DNA of 64,000 nucleotides. Origin: an uncultured Staphylococcaceae bacterium (lineage in GTDB: Bacteria; Bacillota_I; Bacilli_A; RFN20; CAG-826). The stretch covers positions 1,503 through 65,502 of the forward strand of contig CAZLUI010000004.1 in NCBI GenBank assembly GCA_964562705.1, in the 5' to 3' direction. The position numbers and the translations under genes were made by a program. The notes under the pieces were generated by a model. The model saw only the letters and a list, made by a program, of their open reading frames with translations, was not told the origin of the DNA and did not search any database. Position 1 is the first letter of the stretch. Each line of letters opens with the position of its first letter. Of this stretch, positions 49,211-58,883 are shown in pieces.

Positions 49211-50206
49211 ATGAAAGTTTGTGTCTATTTTCAACCTAAAAACAAAAAGGAATATTTCGAAGGTTTCCGCCTTAGAAAAAACATTAAAGGGGCACTGGAG
49301 ATAGTTGATATCCCTTACGCCAAAGATATTATTGATTCCTATGATGTTATGCATTTCTTATCTTTAAGTGATGAATTGAAAATTAATGATGCAAAAGAAA
49401 TGGGAATTCCGACTGTATTCTCAGCCTTAAATTGCGAATCAGACGATAGCGCTAGTATCTTAACTGAAAAGAAAGATGGCTATGCGCTATCGCTAAAAGC
49501 GATTAGAACTCTAAACCAAGTCGATGTTGTTCTTGTTAGCGACCAAGCAAGCAAAGATTTATTGATTGAAAATGGGATAACGACGCGTATTGAAATTGTT
49601 ACTCCTGGAGTTAATCTTTCTCGCTTTGAATTCACCTCGAATCTCGAAGAAGATATTTTCTACAATTATTACCAACTTGAAAAACAACAAAAGTTTGTAG
49701 TAATCATTGGCAAATATGACGACGCTAACAAAAGGAAAGCTCTATATGAAATTGCTAGACTCTGCCCAATGTATCGTTTCTATTATTTTGGAAATGCTAG
49801 ATTGACCAAATTGGCTCGCATTCAATATTCTGTGCCAAACAATCTCCGCCTTTGCCCTTTAGCAAATAACGAGATATATTGTTCGATGATGAAAAAAGCT
49901 TCAATCTATTTGGCGCTTGATAATTCAAAGCATTCACCAATTACATTGTTGGATGCAGCGGCAAGCAAATCTCAGATTGTAGCGCTAGCGCCAACTTTGT
50001 TAAATGAAGAATTGTTGAATGATTTACACGCTTATGTTGGTAACAATACCAAAGAAGTAAGCGAAATTATTAATCGACTCTATACAGGTGACCTGAAATC
50101 TACAGTTGATAAGGCGCATGTTTATGCCCAAAAGAATTCGTTGATGGAATTAGGCAAAAGATTAAAACAAATTTATGAAAGTGTATTAGATAGGAGAGAT
50201 ATATGA
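49211..50206 (+). CDS. hypothetical protein, distantly glycosyltransferase-family-4-like, tightly coupled between gyrA and serS
   Basis: The C-terminal region NSKHSPITLLDAAASKSQIVALAP resembles the GT4 E-x7-E / EAMA-G-PVI motif. Begins 3 nt after gyrA and overlaps serS by 4 nt. Confidence 0.4.
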   Translation: MKVCVYFQPKNKKEYFEGFRLRKNIKGALEIVDIPYAKDIIDSYDVMHFLSLSDELKINDAKEMGIPTVFSALNCESDDSASILTEKKDGYALSLKAIRTLNQVDVVLVSDQASKDLLIENGITTRIEIVTPGVNLSRFEFTSNLEEDIFYNYYQLEKQQKFVVIIGKYDDANKRKALYEIARLCPMYRFYYFGNARLTKLARIQYSVPNNLRLCPLANNEIYCSMMKKASIYLALDNSKHSPITLLDAAASKSQIVALAPTLLNEELLNDLHAYVGNNTKEVSEIINRLYTGDLKSTVDKAHVYAQKNSLMELGKRLKQIYESVLDRRDI

Positions 50207-51483
50207 TTAATCAAAAATTGATAATCGAAAATCCTGAACTTATTGCAAGTAAACTTGCAAAAAAAGGGTGTGTTGTTGACTTTAAACCATTTTTAGCTTT
50301 GGTAGAGAAAAGAAAATCTTTATTGATAAATGTTGAGAAAGCAAAAGCAGAAAGAAACAAATTATCCGCTTCAGTTCCTCAAGTGAAAAAAGCTGGTGGA
50401 GACGTGAATGCGATTTTTTCTAAAGTGAAAGAAATTGCTGCCGGAACTGCACGTGATGAAGAAGAACTAACAAAAGTTGAAGATGAGATTAGAACATTTT
50501 TACTTCCACTTCCAAATCTTCCAGATGACGACCTTTTAGCTGGTGGAAAAGAAAATAACAAAGTTATTTATGAATTTGGTAAACCTGTAAAATTTGATTT
50601 CCCAGCCAAAAATCACGTTGATCTTTGTGAATCACTTGGCTTAATTGACTATGAAAGGGCGGCTAAAATGAGTGGACATGGTACTTGGGTCTATACTGGG
50701 CTTGGTGCACAACTTGAATGGGCATTATTAAACTTCTTCATTTCTGAGCATTTAAAAGATGGCTATGAATTCATTCTCCCACCTCATATTTTGAACTATG
50801 AATCAGGATTCGTTGCTGGTCAGTTTCCTAAATTTATTGATGATGTATTTTCTTTAGAGAATGTGACTCCTAAAAAGTTCATTCTTCCAACAGCTGAAAC
50901 AGCCCTTGTAAATTTACATCGCGATGAAATACTTAGTGAAGATGAATTACCAAAGAAATACTTCGCTTATACCCCTTGTTATCGAAAAGAAGCAGGTGCC
51001 TATCGCACTGAAGAAAGAGGAATGATTCGCGGTTATCAATTTAACAAGATTGAAATGTTCCAATATACAACTGAAGAAGGCGATCAAGCCGCTTTTGATG
51101 AATTGGTCAAAAAAGCATGTGCTCTTGTTGAAAAACTAGGATTGACTTTTCATGTTTCCAAATTAGCTTCAGAAGATATCTCTGCCTCAATGGCAAGAAC
51201 CTATGATATTGAAGTCTACATTCCAAGTGTTGGTATTTTTAAAGAAGTATCATCAGTTTCTACCGCTCACGATTACCAAGCTCGCCGTGGCATGATTCGC
51301 TATAGAGAGAAAGCTACTGGCAAGGTTAAATACGCTCACACATTGAACGGTTCTGGCCTAGCTACTTCCAGAATTTTCCCAGCTCTTGTTGAACAAATGC
51401 AGCAAGCTGATGGAAGCATTAAAATTCCAGAAGTGTTACGTCCATTTATGGGCGGACTAGAATACATCAAGCCTAAAAAATAG
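50203..51483 (+). CDS. serS: serine--tRNA ligase
   Basis: MINQKLIIENPELIASKLAKKG; class II motifs; 426 aa. Confidence 0.95.
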   Translation: MINQKLIIENPELIASKLAKKGCVVDFKPFLALVEKRKSLLINVEKAKAERNKLSASVPQVKKAGGDVNAIFSKVKEIAAGTARDEEELTKVEDEIRTFLLPLPNLPDDDLLAGGKENNKVIYEFGKPVKFDFPAKNHVDLCESLGLIDYERAAKMSGHGTWVYTGLGAQLEWALLNFFISEHLKDGYEFILPPHILNYESGFVAGQFPKFIDDVFSLENVTPKKFILPTAETALVNLHRDEILSEDELPKKYFAYTPCYRKEAGAYRTEERGMIRGYQFNKIEMFQYTTEEGDQAAFDELVKKACALVEKLGLTFHVSKLASEDISASMARTYDIEVYIPSVGIFKEVSSVSTAHDYQARRGMIRYREKATGKVKYAHTLNGSGLATSRIFPALVEQMQQADGSIKIPEVLRPFMGGLEYIKPKK

Positions 51484-51512
51484 TAAGCCTGCTTAGTAAA
51501 ATTGATTATGTC

Positions 51513-51545
51513 AGAAAGAGTCCCTTTGGGACTCTTTCTTTTTGC
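51513..51545 (+). terminator. intrinsic terminator of serS (agaaagagtccc-ttt-gggactctttct + T-run)
   Basis: Perfect 12-bp stem followed by TTTTT. Confidence 0.85.
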
Positions 51546-51663
51546 TACTAAAATTCTTGGTCATCTCAACAAATCGTTTATCATAATTATTGGCAAATTC
51601 CATTTTGCAATTCCGTTCCACATAAATACTTTGTCATCTATTTTCAAATAAGGTATTATTTAA

Positions 51664-51747
51664 TTGCCATCGCAATAGGCGACTACGAACCAGGTCAGGA
51701 TAGGAATATAGCAGCCTTAAGTAAATCAAGTATGTGCGATGGTTTAT
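51664..51747 (+). ncRNA. ffs: probable signal recognition particle RNA (small 4.5S type)
   Basis: gaaCCAGGUCAGGauaGGAAuauAGCAGCCuuaag matches the universal SRP domain IV (CCAGGUCAGGucc-GGAA-ggaAGCAGCC), with a compensatory AUA/UAU in place of UCC/GGA. The terminal helix is gccatcgca/tgcgatggt. It lies adjacent to tadA; in B. subtilis scr is next to tadA. Confidence 0.6.
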
Positions 51748-51751
51748 TTAT

Positions 51752-52216
51752 ATGAAAAATACAGATCAAAAATATATGGAGTTGGCTTTGAAAGAAGCGA
51801 AGAAAGCAGCTGCAATTGATGAAGTACCAATTGGAGCTGTTATTGTTCGCGATGGGAAGATAATTGCAAGAGGCCATAATCTCAGAGAAAAAACATCAGA
51901 TCCAACCGCCCACGCTGAGATTGTTGCTATTAGAAAAGCCTGCAAAAAAGCCAAATCTTGGAGATTAGAAGGTTCCACCATTTATGTTACTGTTGAGCCT
52001 TGCGCTATGTGTGCCGGTACTATTTTGTGGAGTCGTATTGAACGAGTTGTTTATGGCGCCAAAGACTTAAAAGGCGGTGCGTTAGGTACAACATTTGATT
52101 TATACCAAGTAAATAACCTAAATCATTACCCAGATGTTACTTCAGGAATAATGGAAGAAGAGTGCAGTGAAATCATAAAAAAATATTTTAAAAGTAAACG
52201 TATTAACGATAAATAA
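51752..52216 (+). CDS. tadA: tRNA-specific adenosine deaminase
   Basis: HAEIVAIRKA and VTVEPCAMCAG CDA zinc motifs. The start is set at MKNTDQ because the track ORF start would overlap the SRP RNA. Confidence 0.9.
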   Translation: MKNTDQKYMELALKEAKKAAAIDEVPIGAVIVRDGKIIARGHNLREKTSDPTAHAEIVAIRKACKKAKSWRLEGSTIYVTVEPCAMCAGTILWSRIERVVYGAKDLKGGALGTTFDLYQVNNLNHYPDVTSGIMEEECSEIIKKYFKSKRINDK

Positions 52217-52290
52217 TCCGTATTTCTTTTACACTGTATAAGTTTTTAATATATACTTTAAAAAGTATTACTTTCGTATTTATATAGTCT

Positions 52291-54735
52291 ATGAGAAACA
52301 AACTTAAACATCATGAAAATAGTTCTCCAATCATTTGCGATCTTTCCAATGGCTTAAATGCTGCTCAAGTTGAAGAAAGAATTGATCAAGGACTGACCAA
52401 TAAAGTAGCAAAAACTGTTACCAAATCATACTTCCGTATTTTCTTCGATAATATTTTTAGTTTTTTCAATATTCTGTTAATGGGCATTTGCATCTTTATG
52501 GTTACTGCAGGAGCAGGTCCAGGAGATTTCATGTTTGCCTACCTTCTTATTATTAATATAACACTTGGAATAATTCAGGATATTAGAGCCAGGCAAAAAT
52601 CAGATAAATTAAAAGTTATATCTTACCCTTCTGTTCTTGTTCTTAGAGATGGCGAAGAAAAAAATATTCCTGCAAACGAATTGGTGCTTAGCGATTTATA
52701 TATTTTAAAAAACGGGAATCAAATTGTTGCCGATGGAACAGTTCTTGAGGGAGAGATTGAAGTTAACGAATCTCTTATCACAGGCGAATCTACAAATGTA
52801 TTAAAAAAAGTCGGAGACAGTATATTTTCTGGATCATATGTGACAAGTGGCACAGCAAAAATTCGAACCGACAAAGTAGGTAAAACCAATTATGCTCAAA
52901 CTTTGCAAAGCAAAGCTAAACGATTTAAACGACCAAAATCTGAGATTCTATCTACTATTAACAAAGCATTCAGATTGATTGGAATTGTTGTGATTATTTT
53001 AGGTGTAGCGATGTTAATTACTTACGCTACGAATGGCCAGTTTGCCGAAGATTATAATAAAACAGTATTAAAATTCTCCTCTTCTTTAGTTTCGATGATG
53101 CCAATAGGAATGTATCTTCTTACCTCAATGACACTAGCGGTTGGGGTTATTCGTTTAGCAAAACATAGAATGCTTGTTCAAGAATTGTACTGCATCGAAA
53201 CGCTTGCTCGAGTTGATGTTTTATGTCTTGATAAAACCGGTACTATAACTGATGGTTCAATGTCTTTACATGGCATTACTCCAATTGGTGTGGCTGATAA
53301 AAAAGATATTGAAAACATCATTCTTTCATTAGTTAGCGCTACTCAAGATGAAAACCCGACCGCTAAAGCTCTTCGTGAAGGATTTAAAGATGCTATATTA
53401 TTAAAGTCTACTTCATCGCTTGCATTTAATAGCGATCGTAAATATTCGGCCGTAATGTTAAATGATGGCAGGTGCTTTGCTTTAGGGGCTAGAGAATTTT
53501 TGCCACATAAAGAACAAGATGTTGATCGTATTTGCAAGGAATATGAAAGACAAGGTTATCGCGTTCTCATTCTAGGCTCTTCTAAAAAAGCTTTTTTGCA
53601 AACAGATAAAATGCCAAGTGTTTCTGTTATTGCTGTTATTGCGCTAGCAGATCATATTAAAGAAGACGCGGCAGAAAACATCGCTTGGTTTAAAGCCAAT
53701 GGTGTCGCCATTAAAATCATTTCAGGAGATAATCCAATTAGTGTTGCTGAGATTGCTTCAAGAGTTGGCGTGGAAAATGCCGAAATGTATGTTTCTTTAG
53801 AAGGCATGTCTTTAGAAGCGGTTAAAGAGATTGCAAACAAATATACAGTATTCGGTCGTGTTTCGCCTGAACAAAAAGAAGTAATCATTCGTGCTCTTCA
53901 AGAAGCAAAACACACAGTGGCAATGACTGGTGATGGTGTTAATGATATTTTAGCTTTAAAAATTGCCGATTGCTCAATTGCAATGGCTCAAGGAAGCGAC
54001 GCTGCTAAAGCAGTTTCACACCTTGTATCGATGGATTCGAACTTCTCAGCTCTGCCAAATGTTGTTGCTGAAGGCAGACGCGTAATTAATAATTTACAAC
54101 GCACTTGTTCAATTTTCTTAATTAAAACGATTTTTGCAATGATTATTACAATTATTTTCCTTGTAGCAAGTTGGATATCAAGCAAGGAGACATATCCTTT
54201 CGTTCAAAACAATATGTACATTTGGGAACTGCTAACCATAGGTTTTGCATCATTCTTTTTATCACTTCAACCAAACAACGAACGAATTAAGAATAGTTTT
54301 GTTAGCAATGTGTTAGTGCGATCGCTTCCTGGAGGTATTGTTCAAGCATTTTTTACTATGTCATTTCTAACTATCAGTGCCATTTTCCCAAATTTCCTAT
54401 CTCATGAAGGAGCAGTTTCCATGGCGATGATTACGTTAACTGTTGTTAGTTTTGCTACTTTAATATTTATTTCTAAACCTTTCGATATCTATCGAATTGT
54501 TCTTGCTTCAGTGATTGGAGTTCTAATTGTTGGTTTCTTTACTATTGATTATTTCTTCCTTTATTCATCGGGTAGTGGCGTCAGTTTCTTTAAAATAAAC
54601 TATTCTGAAATAAACACAAATAATTGGTGGTTATTGATTGCTATAATCGTTCTAGCGGTTGTTACTTACGTCTTTGTTAATCGTCTCGCTGTCTATTTAC
54701 AAAATAAACATAACAAAAAGGTGGAATCATTATGA
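52291..54735 (+). CDS. cation-transporting P-type ATPase (Ca2+/Mg2+-type, P2/P3-like)
   Basis: CLDKTGTITDG phosphorylation motif; TGES; MTGDGVNDILALK hinge; 10 TM segments. Confidence 0.9.
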   Translation: MRNKLKHHENSSPIICDLSNGLNAAQVEERIDQGLTNKVAKTVTKSYFRIFFDNIFSFFNILLMGICIFMVTAGAGPGDFMFAYLLIINITLGIIQDIRARQKSDKLKVISYPSVLVLRDGEEKNIPANELVLSDLYILKNGNQIVADGTVLEGEIEVNESLITGESTNVLKKVGDSIFSGSYVTSGTAKIRTDKVGKTNYAQTLQSKAKRFKRPKSEILSTINKAFRLIGIVVIILGVAMLITYATNGQFAEDYNKTVLKFSSSLVSMMPIGMYLLTSMTLAVGVIRLAKHRMLVQELYCIETLARVDVLCLDKTGTITDGSMSLHGITPIGVADKKDIENIILSLVSATQDENPTAKALREGFKDAILLKSTSSLAFNSDRKYSAVMLNDGRCFALGAREFLPHKEQDVDRICKEYERQGYRVLILGSSKKAFLQTDKMPSVSVIAVIALADHIKEDAAENIAWFKANGVAIKIISGDNPISVAEIASRVGVENAEMYVSLEGMSLEAVKEIANKYTVFGRVSPEQKEVIIRALQEAKHTVAMTGDGVNDILALKIADCSIAMAQGSDAAKAVSHLVSMDSNFSALPNVVAEGRRVINNLQRTCSIFLIKTIFAMIITIIFLVASWISSKETYPFVQNNMYIWELLTIGFASFFLSLQPNNERIKNSFVSNVLVRSLPGGIVQAFFTMSFLTISAIFPNFLSHEGAVSMAMITLTVVSFATLIFISKPFDIYRIVLASVIGVLIVGFFTIDYFFLYSSGSGVSFFKINYSEINTNNWWLLIAIIVLAVVTYVFVNRLAVYLQNKHNKKVESL

Positions 54736-55631
54736 AAATTTCAAAAGAAGTTCAAGGTGCATTAAAAGCACATCAGCCCATTGTTGCCCTCGAGTCAACA
54801 ATCATTTCGCATGGAATGCCATATCCGAAAAATGTCCAAACAGCTCTGCTTGTTGAAAAAACAATTCGTGATAATGGAGCAATACCAGCCACCATTGGTA
54901 TTATCGATGGTGAGGCAATCATTGGTATGTCGTCTGAAGAAATCGAAGAATTTGGAAAAAGAAAAGGAATTCGCAAAGTTTCTCGTAGAGATTTGCCAAT
55001 TGTATATGCTCAAAAATTATGGGGAGCTACCACTGTAGCGGCTACTATGATTCTTGCAAGCCAAGCCGGCATTGAAATATTCGTTACCGGCGGAGTTGGT
55101 GGCGCTCATAGGGGAGCTCAAGAAACATTTGATATTTCTGCCGACCTTGAAGAACTCGGAAAAACTGATGTTACTGTTGTATCAGCCGGAGTTAAAGCGA
55201 TTCTCGATTTAAATTTAACACTCGAAATTCTTGAAACAAAAGGTGTGCCAGTTTTAAGCTATGGCACCGATGAGTTTGCTGATTTCTATACTAGGAACTC
55301 TGGTATCAAAATGGAAAATGTTGTCAATTCACCACTTGAGGTTGCACAAATTATTCACGCCAAGCGAGTTAATGAATTACATGGTGGCGTTTTAGTTGCT
55401 AATCCAATTCCAGTTGAATATGCAATGGAACCAAAAGTAATTAATAACGCAATTGAAAAAGCGTTGAAGATGGCTGATGAACAACATGTGAAAGGAAAAG
55501 ATGTCACCCCGTTCCTTTTAAAAACAATTGTTGAATTAACTGGCGGCGATTCGTTGGAATCGAACATAAAATTAGTTTTAAATAACGCTAAATTAGGAGC
55601 TAGTATAGCTAAAGAATTAATGAAGTTATGA
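54732..55631 (+). CDS. psuG: pseudouridine-5'-phosphate glycosidase
   Basis: IVALESTIISHGMPYPKN and the overall 299-aa YeiN-like sequence. Confidence 0.85.
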   Translation: MKISKEVQGALKAHQPIVALESTIISHGMPYPKNVQTALLVEKTIRDNGAIPATIGIIDGEAIIGMSSEEIEEFGKRKGIRKVSRRDLPIVYAQKLWGATTVAATMILASQAGIEIFVTGGVGGAHRGAQETFDISADLEELGKTDVTVVSAGVKAILDLNLTLEILETKGVPVLSYGTDEFADFYTRNSGIKMENVVNSPLEVAQIIHAKRVNELHGGVLVANPIPVEYAMEPKVINNAIEKALKMADEQHVKGKDVTPFLLKTIVELTGGDSLESNIKLVLNNAKLGASIAKELMKL

Positions 55632-56173
55632 GGATTGAAACCAAGTATCGCGAAGGCTTGAAACTGCTCATGAAGAGCAAACCACTTGATGAAATCAACG
55701 TGGTTATGCTTTGTGATGCTGTAAAATCCAATCGTCAGACTTTCTATTATCATTATCGCGATATTTCAGATGTTATCGAGTCAATGTTTTTAAAAGAAAG
55801 AATTGGATATGGCATTAAGCCATTTGAGTTTGAAAGTATCGTCAAGCCTTTTCTTGCTTATGTGAATTCTAACGTGACTTTCTTAACTGCGGTGGCAAAT
55901 TCTTTTGCAAGTGATAAAGTCGAACAATTTTTTTATTCTTTCTTTTACCAAAGAACAACCCAATACCTAAAATTATCCAAAAAAGAAGAACTAGTTGGTC
56001 AAACAAATGTTACTTATGTAGTTCGATATATCTCGTCTTTATTCTCCAAAGAGACTGTATTTTGGATTTTGAACAAGCGAAAAGAAAGGCAAGTTCATTT
56101 GCAAAAAAGATTTTCGTTAATATGGGATTATTTTATCAACTCCTACTCTAAAGGAATGAAAGGAACTAAATGA
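55628..56173 (+). CDS. TetR-family (DhaS-like) transcriptional regulator
   Basis: HTH pattern INVVMLCDAVKSNRQTFYYHYRDISDV. Confidence 0.55.
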   Translation: MRIETKYREGLKLLMKSKPLDEINVVMLCDAVKSNRQTFYYHYRDISDVIESMFLKERIGYGIKPFEFESIVKPFLAYVNSNVTFLTAVANSFASDKVEQFFYSFFYQRTTQYLKLSKKEELVGQTNVTYVVRYISSLFSKETVFWILNKRKERQVHLQKRFSLIWDYFINSYSKGMKGTK

Positions 56174-57345
56174 TTAACTTCGATTTCTGTTCACCCACCA
56201 AGATTTTCTTTGGAAAAAACCGAGAAGATGAAATTAGCACTATTTTAAAATCATATTCTGCTAAAAGAGTTCTTTTGGTTTATGGTTCTGGGTCCATTAT
56301 TAAAAGTGGGCTTTATGACAAAATCATAAGTAATATGGAGTCCGACAATATTGAGTACTTCGAATTGTCTGGTGTAAGACCAAACCCATCTGTTATATCA
56401 GTCAGAGCCGGTGTTCAAATTGTTAAGGAAAAACAAATTGATTTTATTTTAGCGGTTGGTGGCGGATCAGTTATCGATGTCGCAAAAGCAATCGCGGTCA
56501 GTTATCAATATGCTGGAGATCCTTATGATTTCAATCTATATAAAGTTCAGCCAGCCATTGCCTTACCTATTGGAGTTATTTTGACTCTTTCGGCAAGTGG
56601 AAGCGAACTATCATCCTCCTGCGTTATTTCTAATGACGAACTTGGAGTAAAACAAGGTTTTAATAACAATCTTGTTAGACCTGTTTTCACAATTCTCAAT
56701 CCAGAATTAACATATTCGGTGGGGAAATTTCAAACTGGTTGTGGCATAGTCGACATCATCTCCCATTCTCTAGAAAGATATTTTTCTAAAAGTGGTAATT
56801 TTGAATTTTCTGATAGAGTTGCTTTAGCAATCATTAAAAACACAATTGAATGTGGCTCTATATGCATCAACGAACCTAATAATTATGATGCAAGAGCAGC
56901 GATGATGCTAAATGGCTCATTTTCGCATAACGGAATTGCAAGTGTTGGCAAGAAGTCGATAATGCCAATCCACGCGATTGAGCACGCTATTAGCGCATTT
57001 AAAATCGATATTGCTCATGGGGCAGGGCTTTCAGTTTTAATTCCAGCCTGGATGAATTACACATATAAGGTTGATATCGATAAGTTTGTTATATTCACGG
57101 AAACAGTTTTTAATCTGCACTTTGTTAACAAAGATGAAAGTGCTAAAATTGGAATACAATCATTAAAAACATATTTTAAATCGATTGGAATGCCAACAAC
57201 ATTAACCGAACTTGGCATTCAAAAAACTGACATCCCTGCTATTGTGGATAAGATGACTTACGGAGGCACACGTTTGATTGGCACCGGCTCAATCTATCCA
57301 TTAAGCAAAGAAGACCTAATTAGTCTGCTTAATGACGCTATCTAA
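56170..57345 (+). CDS. iron-containing (group III) alcohol dehydrogenase
   Basis: GGGSVIDVAKAIA NAD-binding motif; metal-binding His residues. Confidence 0.85.
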   Translation: MINFDFCSPTKIFFGKNREDEISTILKSYSAKRVLLVYGSGSIIKSGLYDKIISNMESDNIEYFELSGVRPNPSVISVRAGVQIVKEKQIDFILAVGGGSVIDVAKAIAVSYQYAGDPYDFNLYKVQPAIALPIGVILTLSASGSELSSSCVISNDELGVKQGFNNNLVRPVFTILNPELTYSVGKFQTGCGIVDIISHSLERYFSKSGNFEFSDRVALAIIKNTIECGSICINEPNNYDARAAMMLNGSFSHNGIASVGKKSIMPIHAIEHAISAFKIDIAHGAGLSVLIPAWMNYTYKVDIDKFVIFTETVFNLHFVNKDESAKIGIQSLKTYFKSIGMPTTLTELGIQKTDIPAIVDKMTYGGTRLIGTGSIYPLSKEDLISLLNDAI

Positions 57346-57359
57346 AAGGGGATTGCATT

Positions 57360-58499
57360 ATGAAAAAAGAAGATATTGTTAGTTTAATTGTTTATATCTT
57401 AATGCTAGGTATTGCTTTGATTGTTGGTTTCACTTTAGTGAAAAATATGTTTTCTACATATCCCAAATCATTCAAAGTGTTTAGCCCATATCTATTCGCA
57501 ATATTGACTATTTTAGTCGGAGTGGTTATTAACGCCGTTGGCCTAGAGGTTGGCCACGTTTTAGGTGGTCTTATCGGTGGTTATTCCATTGTTTCTTTCA
57601 ATGTATTCGGCTTTTGTTGGTATAAAAGCAAGGGCGATAAGAAATTTGGATTTAAAGATTTTGATGGACTGACAGGTGAGACAATATTGGCTCCAAAAAA
57701 GGATAAGCCTAATCCGAAGATGTATGTTTGGCTTCCTCTTATCATGTATCTTGTTGAGCTAATTGTTTGCACTATTATTTATTCAATTGGTTCAAGAATT
57801 GAAGCTAATGATAACGGAAACCCACTAATCTGGTTAGCTACTGCATCGATCATCATTATTGCCATCTCATCTATGATGGCGTTATACAATTTTGTTCCGG
57901 CTAAACTTGATTCAATGACTGATGGCTATCGTTTAACTTTAATTTCAAAGCCAATTAATGTCGAAGCATACAACGAACTAATGAGAATAGAAAACCTACA
58001 AAGAGACGGACTCGAAGTTAAAGATGTGCGAGTCTTTGAAGAGGTCACCGATTTTACTACCTCAATTAACCAAATTACTGTTTATGAAAATCTAGCCCAA
58101 AAGGATTTCGAAGGTGCTACGAAATTGATAGATAAGATGTGTGAAAATCCGGAAAAAATTTCTCACACCACTTATTATCGTTTGTTAGCTCAAAAGTTAT
58201 ATATAAAAATAATCACCTTGCCTCTTGAAGAAGCAAAGAAATATTATGATGCAGAAATAGATGATAAAGTTCGTCGTTTTATTTCAAACGATATTTCTAT
58301 GGAATCAATTCGAGCCTATGTATTAATTGCAGGTATACTAGATGACTCTCTAGGAGAAGTTCAATTCGCGAACGCTAAGAAACCAAAAGCGATGAAACGC
58401 GCTCTTGCAAGCCGTGCAAAAATTGAAGAAGTTTTGTATAAGGAATCCATTGATTTGGTCAAAAAAGCCCATCCTGATTGGGATATTGCAAATACTTAA
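57360..58499 (+). CDS. polytopic membrane protein, site-2-protease (M50)-like with a degenerate HExxH (LEVGH)
   Basis: TM helix carrying GLEVGHVLGG and a later TM helix carrying NFVPAKLDSMTDGYRL (M50 N-x2-P-x4-DG-like motif); soluble C-terminal domain. Confidence 0.4.
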   Translation: MKKEDIVSLIVYILMLGIALIVGFTLVKNMFSTYPKSFKVFSPYLFAILTILVGVVINAVGLEVGHVLGGLIGGYSIVSFNVFGFCWYKSKGDKKFGFKDFDGLTGETILAPKKDKPNPKMYVWLPLIMYLVELIVCTIIYSIGSRIEANDNGNPLIWLATASIIIIAISSMMALYNFVPAKLDSMTDGYRLTLISKPINVEAYNELMRIENLQRDGLEVKDVRVFEEVTDFTTSINQITVYENLAQKDFEGATKLIDKMCENPEKISHTTYYRLLAQKLYIKIITLPLEEAKKYYDAEIDDKVRRFISNDISMESIRAYVLIAGILDDSLGEVQFANAKKPKAMKRALASRAKIEEVLYKESIDLVKKAHPDWDIANT

Positions 58500-58551
58500 T
58501 TGATAGAAAAGAAGACCGTTTAAGGTCTTCTTTCAATATACAAATAAATTA

Positions 58552-58878
58552 CTAATCCTTTTCTTCGTATCTGAAGTTATCTTCATGAGGGAAATCTTCG
58601 CTGGCACTTTCAGGTTCGTTCTTCTTGATTTTGCCAAGAATAATATGTTCATCAGCATATCCACCTTGAGTGTCTAGTGTTGATCCATCATCCATGAAAT
58701 CAGCCATCGAGAGATTAAATTGTTCACAAAGATATTTCAAATTTTCAGGTCTAGGCAAAGCCTCGCCTGTTCTCCATTTGTTAATAATACCTTTTCGAAT
58801 TCGAAATTTCTTAGCGAACTGGCGTTCGTTAATATTAAGTCGTTTGATTAAATAATCTACTTTTTCAATAACTGTCAT
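58552..58878 (-). CDS. XRE-family helix-turn-helix transcriptional regulator
   Basis: LIKRLNINERQFAKKFRIRKGIINKWRTGEALPRPENLKYLCEQFNLS HTH_3 pattern. Confidence 0.75.
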   Translation of the reverse strand: MTVIEKVDYLIKRLNINERQFAKKFRIRKGIINKWRTGEALPRPENLKYLCEQFNLSMADFMDDGSTLDTQGGYADEHIILGKIKKNEPESASEDFPHEDNFRYEEKD

Positions 58879-58883
58879 AAAAA

